A stretch of 64,000 nt of DNA from Bacteroidota bacterium (GTDB taxonomy: Bacteria; Bacteroidota; Bacteroidia; J057), in assembly GCA_039024315.1 (NCBI GenBank), contig JBCCQN010000005.1, forward strand, positions 23,469 to 87,468, read 5' to 3'. The notes under the pieces are model-generated. The model was not told the DNA's origin. It saw nothing but the letters and a program-made list of their open reading frames with translations, and did not search any database. How positions within the stretch are numbered: position 1 is the first letter of the stretch; every line of letters begins with the position of its first letter. Of the stretch, positions 27,672 through 36,393 are shown one piece after another. The position numbers and the translations under genes are program-made.

Positions 27672-30314
27672 TTATGGTTGTACCACTAACTTTTGGGTCA
27701 GCCTACCTTTAGCCGTTTCAAGCACCACAAAATACATTCCGGGACTCATGCTAGCTGGGTCCCATTGCAATTGGTGGTTACCGGCCGTCAAAAGTTGTGT
27801 GTCCTGAATAAGGTGCAACTTCTGACCTTGGAGGTTGTAAATAGCGACGCTAATCTCTTGCGGCTTGATTAATTCAAAACTAAGCCATAACGGGCTTTGC
27901 CCACTCGGATTAGGCCAAACTCGAAAGCTCCCTCCTACCAATGACTCCTCCAGACTGGTATTGACACCATCAAAAGCGTATAGCATTCCAATACCATTTT
28001 GTCCTGGGCGATTTTGTTTACCAAGAACGTAAAAGTCTTGGTCCACGAGGTGAAAGTCAAAGCTGTTGGCGATCTGATTGATATTGTTTAGTACCGATAC
28101 TTGGTTCCAAAGTCCTTGCCCATCACGGCGAATGAGGCGGAGTTCGTCGGAGGCGGAAAGGTAATTATACAATATCCAAGGACGATCCTTGTCATCTAAC
28201 AATAAATCCAAAGGAGCACCGACCAGATTGGTAAAATCACCTACGACAGGATCAAAGGTCCAGCCACCTTGGCCATCCGAATTAGCCACAATAATCCGAT
28301 TTGAGCTGGCATCCCGAAAAGCGATCAAAGGCTCATCATTTTGCGTAATTTCTACATCTGGGAAGACGGGGATATAAGATTGTGGGTTGGTTACATCTGC
28401 AAAGGTCCAACTCCCTCCTACGGGTAAGTTCGCTAGTTTCAATTTAGCGTTAAAAGCATCGACATAGGCAACATAGAGCTTACCATTATTGTCGGCTTTG
28501 AAAGAGGGCTGCTGCCCAACGATGAGACTTGTATTATCAATCAACTGATTGGTCCAAACCCCACCTGGGTTGTCCAAAAAAGCGTAGCGCAACTCTCCTT
28601 CGCTGGCCAGATAGTAGCAAAGATGCAACGCACCATTGACTTCTAAAAGCTGGAGATCACGATATTGACCACCACTCTGAATCGTATTTATTTGCCAACT
28701 ACCGCCGACTCGGCTGGCGATTTCTAAGCTTTGTCCACCTTGATCGGCAAATGCGATCACAGGATCTCCGTTTGCATACCGAGCGAGACTTAGCCCGTCA
28801 ATAAAGTCAATATCAGAAATCACAGTTTGATAAGTCCAAACTCCATTGATACGTTCTCCATAATTGACAGATCCAGTAGAGGCCTCATCAAAGGCAATAT
28901 ATATTTGGTCATCGGTGCCCGAACGCTCAATCTCTGAATCAAAAGAAGCGGCTCTAGTTTCGGTCAAACTAGCATTTTCGGTCACCCAATTGTTGACCTG
29001 AGTCGAACGACGGGAGAGGGTAAGAAAATCGAGATCCTCATGATAGGCCAATAAAAACAAGCTATCTTGATAGAGGCTCATTTTCATCTTTGAGGTAATA
29101 GGCGCCGACAACAAAGTATCTACACTCCAAGTATCCCCCCCATTGGTGGATTGGGAGACGATCACATCACTAGAATTGGCGATCTGATAGGAAAGGAAGA
29201 TCGAATCAGCCGATTTTGCTGCCAGGCTCAGGTGATTTTTATAGCCATCACGGCTGGTTACTTCTTTGTAAAAGGGGCTGTAACCTGCCATTCCGATGGA
29301 GTCTGGATGAAAACGATTGTAAAAAAACTGCTTGCGAGCGTCATTGTTACTCAGCTTCCCGTAAAAGTTAGAGGTGGTATAAATCAAGTGGATATACCCA
29401 TCGGCTGATTGATCAAACACTAAATCATCGAAGCCTTCATAAAAGGTATTGGTAGTGAGCATAGTATTAAAAACCCGCTCCAATGAGTCCGCTGATTGGT
29501 AGGACCAGTTTAGTAAGTTATTACTAGCCGATTCGGCCCAGATCAAACTGCTAGTGTGTAAAGCATTGCCGATAGCGTAAAAATTGTCATTGGGCCCAGG
29601 AATTATTTGACAAAATTCGCCAAACCGATCTACACCTGGCAGACAACCAAAGTTCTCAGTAAAGTTAATGTCCGGTAGTTGGTTATGACTCCAAGTATTG
29701 TCTGTCTGTTTGGCGATGACATTGAGATTGAGTTCATATTGATTATAACTCGTCAAGCCTGGAGCGTCATTGCACGGGATAGTATTGGAGATTTTGCCAT
29801 TGAAAAACATAATTAATGGCTCGCCACTGCTTTGCAGCGTAATGTCCAAAGAATGTTTGAGGTAAAAAGGAAAAACACTGCCTTCCCCATAAGCGCCAAG
29901 ATCAGAACTATCAAAAATACGACTACTTTGCCAGCTTCCGCTTTCATTAGTCGCATAATGAAGCCAAGCTTCATCATCTTGTCTCCTCAAAAAGGCGATG
30001 TGAACAAAGCCATTATTGTCTATCAAAATTGCTGAGCGCAGACCATATGCCCCACTTTCTGGCACGACTTCATAGGTCCATTGCCCACTTGCTTTATCGC
30101 GGCGAGCATACATCAGCTTTTCTTCTTTCCGGATCCAAAATGAAACATGCAGATTGCCTGCATCATCGATCATCAAGTCAGGGCTAGCGCCCGATTGTTG
30201 GATATCCGTAAGGATATTTTCGTACTGCCAAGAGAGCAATTGGGCTTCAAGCACAAGGACTGACAGCATAAAGAGTGTCAGTAAAATACTAATCGGGAAA
30301 TAAGATCGCTTCAT
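27672..30314 (-). CDS. Large secreted beta-propeller-repeat protein with T9SS C-terminal sorting domain
   Basis: 880 aa with a signal peptide. Blade-like motifs recur (LHVSFW, VHIAFL, IHLIYT, IYIAFDE, PVIAFAD, LHLCYY, LYVAYVD, PLIAFRD). The C-terminus reads VWPNPSGQSPLWLSF..AIYNLQGQKL..MSPGMYFVVL. Confidence 0.75.
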   Translation of the reverse strand: MKRSYFPISILLTLFMLSVLVLEAQLLSWQYENILTDIQQSGASPDLMIDDAGNLHVSFWIRKEEKLMYARRDKASGQWTYEVVPESGAYGLRSAILIDNNGFVHIAFLRRQDDEAWLHYATNESGSWQSSRIFDSSDLGAYGEGSVFPFYLKHSLDITLQSSGEPLIMFFNGKISNTIPCNDAPGLTSYNQYELNLNVIAKQTDNTWSHNQLPDINFTENFGCLPGVDRFGEFCQIIPGPNDNFYAIGNALHTSSLIWAESASNNLLNWSYQSADSLERVFNTMLTTNTFYEGFDDLVFDQSADGYIHLIYTTSNFYGKLSNNDARKQFFYNRFHPDSIGMAGYSPFYKEVTSRDGYKNHLSLAAKSADSIFLSYQIANSSDVIVSQSTNGGDTWSVDTLLSAPITSKMKMSLYQDSLFLLAYHEDLDFLTLSRRSTQVNNWVTENASLTETRAASFDSEIERSGTDDQIYIAFDEASTGSVNYGERINGVWTYQTVISDIDFIDGLSLARYANGDPVIAFADQGGQSLEIASRVGGSWQINTIQSGGQYRDLQLLEVNGALHLCYYLASEGELRYAFLDNPGGVWTNQLIDNTSLIVGQQPSFKADNNGKLYVAYVDAFNAKLKLANLPVGGSWTFADVTNPQSYIPVFPDVEITQNDEPLIAFRDASSNRIIVANSDGQGGWTFDPVVGDFTNLVGAPLDLLLDDKDRPWILYNYLSASDELRLIRRDGQGLWNQVSVLNNINQIANSFDFHLVDQDFYVLGKQNRPGQNGIGMLYAFDGVNTSLEESLVGGSFRVWPNPSGQSPLWLSFELIKPQEISVAIYNLQGQKLHLIQDTQLLTAGNHQLQWDPASMSPGMYFVVLETAKGRLTQKLVVQP

Positions 30315-32022
30315 TAGGATGCTTTAGGTCTTTCAGTCTGAGATTAATTTTCGTCTTTCCGTTCCAGGTATTAAAGTCTGGTTGATATGCAATATGCACA
30401 TGATTACTCGCTAAACGATGCCATTTTTCGGCTAGATTAAACCCGATGGCTTCGAACATACGCTTGTCTGATTCTACAACGAGTTTTACGTGTACTTCTT
30501 TTAAAATAACGCTGTTAAGCACCCGAACGTTTGGTGTCGCGAAGACCGGTTTGCGATTGGCGGGACCAAAGGGCTCCATCCGTTGGATCAAACGGATCAG
30601 TCGAGCATCAATATCTAAAAAGCTAAGGGGAGCATCTATTGCCAGAGTAGGCTGACGTTGGTCTTCGGTTAAGCGTTCGGCAACGACGGTCTCAAAATGC
30701 GCCGCAAAAGCCGGAAAGGCTTCCGGTTTCATCGTCAATCCAGCCGCGTATTTATGTCCGCCAAACTGAATTAAGTGTTCCTTACAAAGGTCTAAAGCTT
30801 CGTAAAGGTCAAATCCCTTGACTGAGCGCGCCGAACCTACGAGCTTTCCATCATTTTGAGTTAGCAAAACTGTGGGGCGATAATAGGTCTCGATCAAACG
30901 CGAAGCCACGATACCAATGATCCCTTTATGCCAATGAGGTTCATAAAGCACAGTGCTAAATGCGGCTTCTGGCTCAGGAGAATTGGCGATCTGAGCGAGT
31001 GCCTCCTCTGTGGTTTCTCGGTCTAGCGTCTTGCGTTCGTCATTTGCACTTTGTAACTCATGCGCCAATTGGATCAAATCTTGAGACTTTCCTCTCAGCA
31101 CTTTGACGGCATCTTTGCCATGATTGAGGCGACCAGCAGAGTTGATGCGCGGACCAATAAAAAAGACTAAATCAGAGATATCCCAATGCCGATCAGACTG
31201 GGCTTGACTTTTGAGCACCCCGATACCAGGCAGGGGTTTATTGCGGATTTTGGCCAAGCCAAAGTGGGCCAGCGTCCTATTTTCACCAGTAATCGGCACG
31301 ATATCACAGGCAATACTTAAGGCCAACAAATCCGCGTATTCTGCCAAGGGATCGGGAGCTTGGTAGAGATTAGAAGCGTTCAGCGCAGCTGAAAAAGCTT
31401 GAATCAACTTAAAGCCGACCCCACAGCCAGTAAGCTCCTTGTAGGGATAAGGACAATCGCTTTGTTTAGGATCCAAAATCGCCAAAGCAGGCGGTAATTC
31501 AGAACCGGGAGTATGGTGATCGCAGATGATAACTTCTATACCTTTAGTCGCGGCGTAGCGTACTTTATCGACTGCTTTAATCCCACAATCAAGCGTAATC
31601 ATCAGATTTGCCCCAATGGATTCGGCATAGTCAACTCCTTGATAAGAAAGGCCGTAGCCCTCAGTATAGCGGTCGGGAATATAGACCTCATGCGGCAGCT
31701 CAATGGCTTCAAAAAACAAGCTCATCAAGCTGACCGAAGTGGTACCATCTACATCGTAGTCACCGTAGAGGAGGATTTTTTCCCCTGCGCGGAACGCTTG
31801 TATGAGGCGTTCCACCGCTTGAGGAAGGTTTTTCATTAAGTGTGGATCATGGAGTTCAGATGCCTGAGGCGCAAAGTAGGCCTTGGCCGCCTCATAATCA
31901 TCGATGCCCCTCCGCAACAATAGCTCCGCCAATACCTGCGGAAAAGCTTTACTTGTACTCAAGTCTTTTACTAGGGGCGCTACTGTCTCCGCCGCCGGTC
32001 GCTGTTCAAATTTCCAGATCAA
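30289..32022 (-). CDS. recJ: Single-stranded-DNA-specific exonuclease RecJ
   Basis: 577 aa with the DHH family motifs ILLYGDYDVDGTTS, ITLDCG and VIICDHH, plus the DHHA1-like GGHKYAAG. Confidence 0.9.
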   Translation of the reverse strand: MIWKFEQRPAAETVAPLVKDLSTSKAFPQVLAELLLRRGIDDYEAAKAYFAPQASELHDPHLMKNLPQAVERLIQAFRAGEKILLYGDYDVDGTTSVSLMSLFFEAIELPHEVYIPDRYTEGYGLSYQGVDYAESIGANLMITLDCGIKAVDKVRYAATKGIEVIICDHHTPGSELPPALAILDPKQSDCPYPYKELTGCGVGFKLIQAFSAALNASNLYQAPDPLAEYADLLALSIACDIVPITGENRTLAHFGLAKIRNKPLPGIGVLKSQAQSDRHWDISDLVFFIGPRINSAGRLNHGKDAVKVLRGKSQDLIQLAHELQSANDERKTLDRETTEEALAQIANSPEPEAAFSTVLYEPHWHKGIIGIVASRLIETYYRPTVLLTQNDGKLVGSARSVKGFDLYEALDLCKEHLIQFGGHKYAAGLTMKPEAFPAFAAHFETVVAERLTEDQRQPTLAIDAPLSFLDIDARLIRLIQRMEPFGPANRKPVFATPNVRVLNSVILKEVHVKLVVESDKRMFEAIGFNLAEKWHRLASNHVHIAYQPDFNTWNGKTKINLRLKDLKHPNEAILFPD

Positions 32023-32195
32023 GCCCTTCTCCTTTTTATGATTCTGATCAGAATCTGTACCCTAAAATTAGAAATCATTCCTCACAATCGAAGGTCCCGA
32101 AGCAAGAAATTTTTCGATTCCTACCCAAAACCTAACATGCGGAATGGCAGTTAGAGTAGTGATTATTTGTGTAGCTTCCCAACAAAATTAAGTCA

Positions 32196-32909
32196 ATGGC
32201 ACGAATCATTCAGTTAGCGGTGCTGCTTTGCGTATTTATTTTTACCGCTTGCAAGACAGAAGTAGCTCCCCCAGAGGAGTCTCCGAAAGAGGAAGTAGAG
32301 CTTAAGGCAGTCTTTTCATATTTGGCGCTGGGCGATTCCTACACTATTGGCGAAAGTGTAGCCGAAGCCATGCGCTGGCCCGTACAACTACAGGCCAAGC
32401 TGGAAGCAGAAGGAACAGAAGTGCTAAGTCCGGAAATCATCGCCCGTACGGGTTGGACCACTGACGAGCTACAAGTTGCGATTGAACGTTCTGCGCTAGC
32501 AGATACCTTTGACTTAGTCTCTCTCCTCATCGGAGTCAATAACCAATATCGGAGCTATGACTTCACCCGATACGAAAAAGAGTTTGTCGAACTACTAGAC
32601 CGAGCGATCAAATTTGCTCAAGGCGACAAGAAAAGAGTATTTGTCGTCAGCATTCCCGATTATGGTGCGACCCCCTTTGGACAAAGTGGTAATCCACAAA
32701 AAATCGGCGAAGAGCTCGACCAATACAATGCCTACGCCCAATCCGTTTGTGAAGCGCGTGAAATCCCTTTTTTCAACATTACCCCCATCTCCCGCGAGGC
32801 CCTCAATGATCCCGAACTAGTTGCCCGCGATGATCTACACCCCTCCGGCAAGATGTATAGCCAGTGGGTGGACTTGTTTTGGGAGGAGGTACAAGTCTTG
32901 GTGGAGTAG
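32196..32909 (+). CDS. SGNH/GDSL-family hydrolase lipoprotein
   Basis: The lipobox is IFTAC. Block I is LALGDSYTIGESV, block III is LIGVNNQY and block V is DDLHPS. Confidence 0.8.
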   Translation: MARIIQLAVLLCVFIFTACKTEVAPPEESPKEEVELKAVFSYLALGDSYTIGESVAEAMRWPVQLQAKLEAEGTEVLSPEIIARTGWTTDELQVAIERSALADTFDLVSLLIGVNNQYRSYDFTRYEKEFVELLDRAIKFAQGDKKRVFVVSIPDYGATPFGQSGNPQKIGEELDQYNAYAQSVCEAREIPFFNITPISREALNDPELVARDDLHPSGKMYSQWVDLFWEEVQVLVE

Positions 32910-32912
32910 GGC

Positions 32913-33875
32913 TTAGATCTGTTTTTTGAGGACTAATTGGCGATAATAATGACCAAGAGGAGTTAGCTTACAACTTTTGCTATTCATAGCTGCATCGTAC
33001 ATATGCTCCTCGCCCACTGGTACCACAAAACCTACTTTGGCAAACTTTTGTAATAATCGGAATTGTCTCTCTTTTTCTGTGTCTCCGAGTTTTGCTTCTG
33101 GTTCATAAGCGGGCTCTAGAGGAAAGTTATCTAGTTTACCTTGAAACAGTGGCTTCAATTCGCGAATAACTTCAGCTTCCAGAGCTGGTTTACATTTACG
33201 GATTACTGACTCACGCTCCAAATAGGCAGCGAACTGTGGCCTTTGATCTGCTAAAGAAAGTAACTGCTCTAAATGCCGGTACAAACTTCCTAAAGTTACT
33301 TTTCCGACTACATCTCCTGCTTGTCCTTTCAGACCATCGATTAAATGCTTGGTAAAGATGCTACCACCTGCACTCATTTCAGCACTTTGCTCAGAGCTTG
33401 CAGCTGCCAAAATAGCCATTCCTTTCCGAAGACTGGTTCTGTCCTCCCCCTGAGAGGAAATTTGAAACATTTCCCCACTGAAGCAACAGTCTAGGATGAT
33501 AATCACCTCATCATGATGGCTATTCATCGCTAAACTTTGCAGCTCAAAAAAAGAGATACCAGGATCATCTAGTGTGGCTTCAGAGGTACATAAAAATCCG
33601 ACTCCGCCTTTGACACTACCATGACCTGAAAAATATAACAGACATTCGTCATAGTTTTTATCGTTAAAAAACTTAATCAGTTTGTTGCGTAATTGGCTTC
33701 TTCTGACCGTTTCTCGGTCATTTAACAATGTATCACAATGATAATTGTACTTCCCATCATGATCTTTACTTAAGATTTCTTCTAGGCGCTCTGTCTCTTT
33801 AATCACGCCGGACAAATTGGGAAACTTTTTACTCTTATAATTTTCAATGCCGATCAAGAGGGCTTTGCGATCCAT
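32913..33875 (-). CDS. Caspase-fold (Peptidase C14-like) protease with a C-terminal domain of about 95 aa and unknown function
   Basis: 320 aa beginning MDRKALLIGIENY. The catalytic His context is LLYFSGHGS and the catalytic Cys context is IIILDCCFSG. A 1-nt gap separates it from the upstream ATPase gene. Confidence 0.8.
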   Translation of the reverse strand: MDRKALLIGIENYKSKKFPNLSGVIKETERLEEILSKDHDGKYNYHCDTLLNDRETVRRSQLRNKLIKFFNDKNYDECLLYFSGHGSVKGGVGFLCTSEATLDDPGISFFELQSLAMNSHHDEVIIILDCCFSGEMFQISSQGEDRTSLRKGMAILAAASSEQSAEMSAGGSIFTKHLIDGLKGQAGDVVGKVTLGSLYRHLEQLLSLADQRPQFAAYLERESVIRKCKPALEAEVIRELKPLFQGKLDNFPLEPAYEPEAKLGDTEKERQFRLLQKFAKVGFVVPVGEEHMYDAAMNSKSCKLTPLGHYYRQLVLKKQI

Positions 33876-33876
33876 A

Positions 33877-35361
33877 TTATTCAGGCTTGGTTTGGATTTG
33901 TAAACACATGTGTCGGAGATAAGAAATTTGCGCTTCCTCGGCTCCTAACTGATGTAATTGAGAGATTGCCATATGTAAAAGGCTAACACAATATAACTTT
34001 AATGCGATATTTTCCTTCACTTCGGGGTCATTTTGATCCGGTTCTTCGATGATGACCTCCGTATCCGTGGCCAGAACGTGAATAAAATCGCGTTCGAGAT
34101 CCTCATTACTGATTACGGCAGCTTCGTATTCATCGGGCAATTCAGCCGTGGTATTGACTAGGACAAGACGAGATTTGGCATTTTTTGCGCTTATTTTTGT
34201 TACGATATCCTTCCAAGTCATCAAAGCACTTAGGCCACAAAAACGATAATGCTGGGCGAGAAAATGCTGCCAATGCAAACGACTGATCGCGTATGCTAGG
34301 ATTTGATTTCGGTATTGCCCTAAAATACGCTGTAAAATATGAGGCTGATCGTTCGCGAGTAGCGTAAAAAATGAAAATACCTGCTTGTTTAGGTAGGCCG
34401 GTAGCTCATGGACGATAGGATCATCAGGCAGGAGTTGGTTACGGGTGGCAGTAAGCTTGAGATGAGGACTGTTGACCAATACCTTGATAAAAGAAAAATT
34501 AGCTGGCAAAAAATTATCCTCTGTTTCGCAAACCCAAACGCCTTTTTTAAAAACCTGAGCTCCGTTGGTTTCTGCGACTTCCGATATCGGGCCTACACTC
34601 AAAAAAATCTGACTACCATCAAGTGCAGTATGCACATAGTTCGCCAAAGACTGGTGTTGGGGATAGTAGTTTGTTAGAAGTGCTTGGGCTTCATTTTTGT
34701 TCCAGAGGATAGCTTGTGCGGTATCTTTTTTTACGGCTTGCCGAACGCTTCTCTCGACAAACTCACAGCTTGGATTTATAGCCTCCGCTCCCTTTCCGAT
34801 CAAGATTGGTTTGCGTAATAAGGCAAAAGTACGCCTAATATAAGCCTCCAAGGCTTCTCTTTTGGCTAGGTGCAAAAACTGAGGCTTAAGCACCAATTTG
34901 ACACTAGTCCCTTGGGGTGCATCCTCTTGCTCAAATAATTGCATTTGATTTTTGCCCTCTAGCCAAAGCAGTCGATTCGCATGCGTACTCTCTGCTTGCC
35001 GACTAACAATTTCAATTCTTTGCGCCAAGGCAAAACCGCTCAGACGTCCAATCCCAAATTCCCCTAAGCAAGACTCATCTTGTCTTGCCACTTTATTGCC
35101 AAATATTGAAAAGTTTTTGACTAACTCCTCTCGACCCATGCCCCTCCCTTGGTCTGAAATGATGATAGCACCTTCTTCAATATCGACCCTAATGGGCTTA
35201 AATTCATCATTTTGATAAGCATCAAAGGCATTTGATATATAGGCTCTCAGAGCAATCAAAGGCTCTGGTAAATAGCTTTCACGCCATAATTGGAGCACAT
35301 GGGCAAATTTGCTTTGTAGATTTACCGTTTGTCCAAACTCTGTGCTGAGTTGGTTAGTCAT
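33877..35361 (-). CDS. Divergent Hsp90/HtpG-like GHKL ATPase
   Basis: 494 aa. The Bergerat-fold motifs appear in Hsp90 order: LRAYISNAFDAY (N-box, compare LRELISNASDA), IIISDQGRGMG (G1, DxGxG) and LGEFGIGRLSGFALAQRIEIVS (G2, compare IGQFGVGFYSAFLVA). Confidence 0.7.
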   Translation of the reverse strand: MTNQLSTEFGQTVNLQSKFAHVLQLWRESYLPEPLIALRAYISNAFDAYQNDEFKPIRVDIEEGAIIISDQGRGMGREELVKNFSIFGNKVARQDESCLGEFGIGRLSGFALAQRIEIVSRQAESTHANRLLWLEGKNQMQLFEQEDAPQGTSVKLVLKPQFLHLAKREALEAYIRRTFALLRKPILIGKGAEAINPSCEFVERSVRQAVKKDTAQAILWNKNEAQALLTNYYPQHQSLANYVHTALDGSQIFLSVGPISEVAETNGAQVFKKGVWVCETEDNFLPANFSFIKVLVNSPHLKLTATRNQLLPDDPIVHELPAYLNKQVFSFFTLLANDQPHILQRILGQYRNQILAYAISRLHWQHFLAQHYRFCGLSALMTWKDIVTKISAKNAKSRLVLVNTTAELPDEYEAAVISNEDLERDFIHVLATDTEVIIEEPDQNDPEVKENIALKLYCVSLLHMAISQLHQLGAEEAQISYLRHMCLQIQTKPE

Positions 35362-35563
35362 AGATTCCTAAATAGATTGATTTAACGTTCTCCCCATAGG
35401 GGGGACGCAGCCTCAGCTGCGCCCCAGTCGAGAGAGAGTAAAAATGAAAATTAAATTGTTTAGGTGTGCATTCTGGCCTGAGTACGATAATCGCATAATG
35501 CTTTGGTTTGATCAATACCAGAAAAGTGGTAGTTATTTATTTTGTGTTCTCGGTTTTGGTTTA

Positions 35564-35669
35564 CTGCTGCGCAGAACGATTGTCTTGAGGGTGCGGCATG
35601 CATGCTCGCACCTACCTTTTGTAGCGGCGTATTGCATGCGCCGCAAGGGATGATCGTTCTGCAAAGCAG
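35564..35669. repeat. MITE/REP-like inverted-repeat element (repeat family 1 variant)
   Basis: The termini ctgctgcgcagaacgat (35564-35580) and atcgttctgcaaagcag (35653-35669) are inverted repeats with 2 mismatches. The interior holds two GC-rich hairpins (gtgcg-gcatgcatgc-tcgcac and gcggcg-tattgcat-gcgccgc). Confidence 0.6.
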
Positions 35670-35729
35670 CAAAAACAAAAAAAGGCTGACAGAGAAACTC
35701 TATTAGCCCTTGCAGAAATACTTTTTTGC

Positions 35730-36392
35730 CTAGTCAGTGCCTAAGGAGGGATCAATTAGGCCTATCTGGACGGCTTTCATCAATAGCTCTTGACTATTCC
35801 GAGCCCCTAGTTTTTTGCGTATGTTACGAAGATGGGTATGCACCGTATTGGGAGCGATTTGTAGATTTACACCGATCTCGTCACTGGTTATGCCTTTGGC
35901 CAAAACGCGAATAATCTCTAGTTCTCTTTTGGAGATTTTGGGCTTCGGTTTTTGTTCTTCTCGGATAATTTCTGGCAGCATTTTCATTACATCTTGCCCA
36001 TAGTATTCTCTACCAGTAGCAACCTCCCTTACCGCGAGAACAAGTTCGTTAGCAGAGTCATCTTTAAAAATATAGCTGCGTACACCTAAGCGTAAAGCTC
36101 GCTTAACATAAACCTTAGCTTTGTGGTTAGTTAGTATCACAATGCCAATATCCTGACTAGGATATTTTTCATAGATAGCCGCGGTTGCCTCTAAACCCGT
36201 TTGTCCTGGCATCTCAAGGTCCATGATCACCACGTCGACCTCGTGTTTGTGCTGATCGACTAAGTCAACGACTTCTAGGCCGTTGGTAGCATGAGCAATT
36301 ACATTTACTCCCTCTTCATACTTTAAGAGTGCCGCCACTCCTTCGCGAAACATTTGTGTATCCTCAGCAAGGATTACATTAACTATTTTCAT
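35730..36392 (-). CDS. NarL/LuxR-family response regulator (REC + GerE HTH)
   Basis: The phospho-acceptor context is VVIMDLEMPG and the HTH is SKRELEIIRVLAKGITSDEIGVNLQIAPNTVHTHLRNIRKKLG. I chose the start at 36392 (MKIVNVILAED) by alignment with the paralogue; the track ORF extends to 36410. Confidence 0.9.
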   Translation of the reverse strand: MKIVNVILAEDTQMFREGVAALLKYEEGVNVIAHATNGLEVVDLVDQHKHEVDVVIMDLEMPGQTGLEATAAIYEKYPSQDIGIVILTNHKAKVYVKRALRLGVRSYIFKDDSANELVLAVREVATGREYYGQDVMKMLPEIIREEQKPKPKISKRELEIIRVLAKGITSDEIGVNLQIAPNTVHTHLRNIRKKLGARNSQELLMKAVQIGLIDPSLGTD

Positions 36393-36393
36393 G

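Noticed and set aside
35444-35678. Two overlapping small ORFs (69 aa plus strand, 72 aa minus strand) between the regulator and the ATPase gene
   Set aside because: Both are generated by the GC-rich palindromic MITE-like element (35564-35669). Mirror ORFs on both strands and Cys/Arg/Ala-rich compositions are typical of repeat-derived artefacts.
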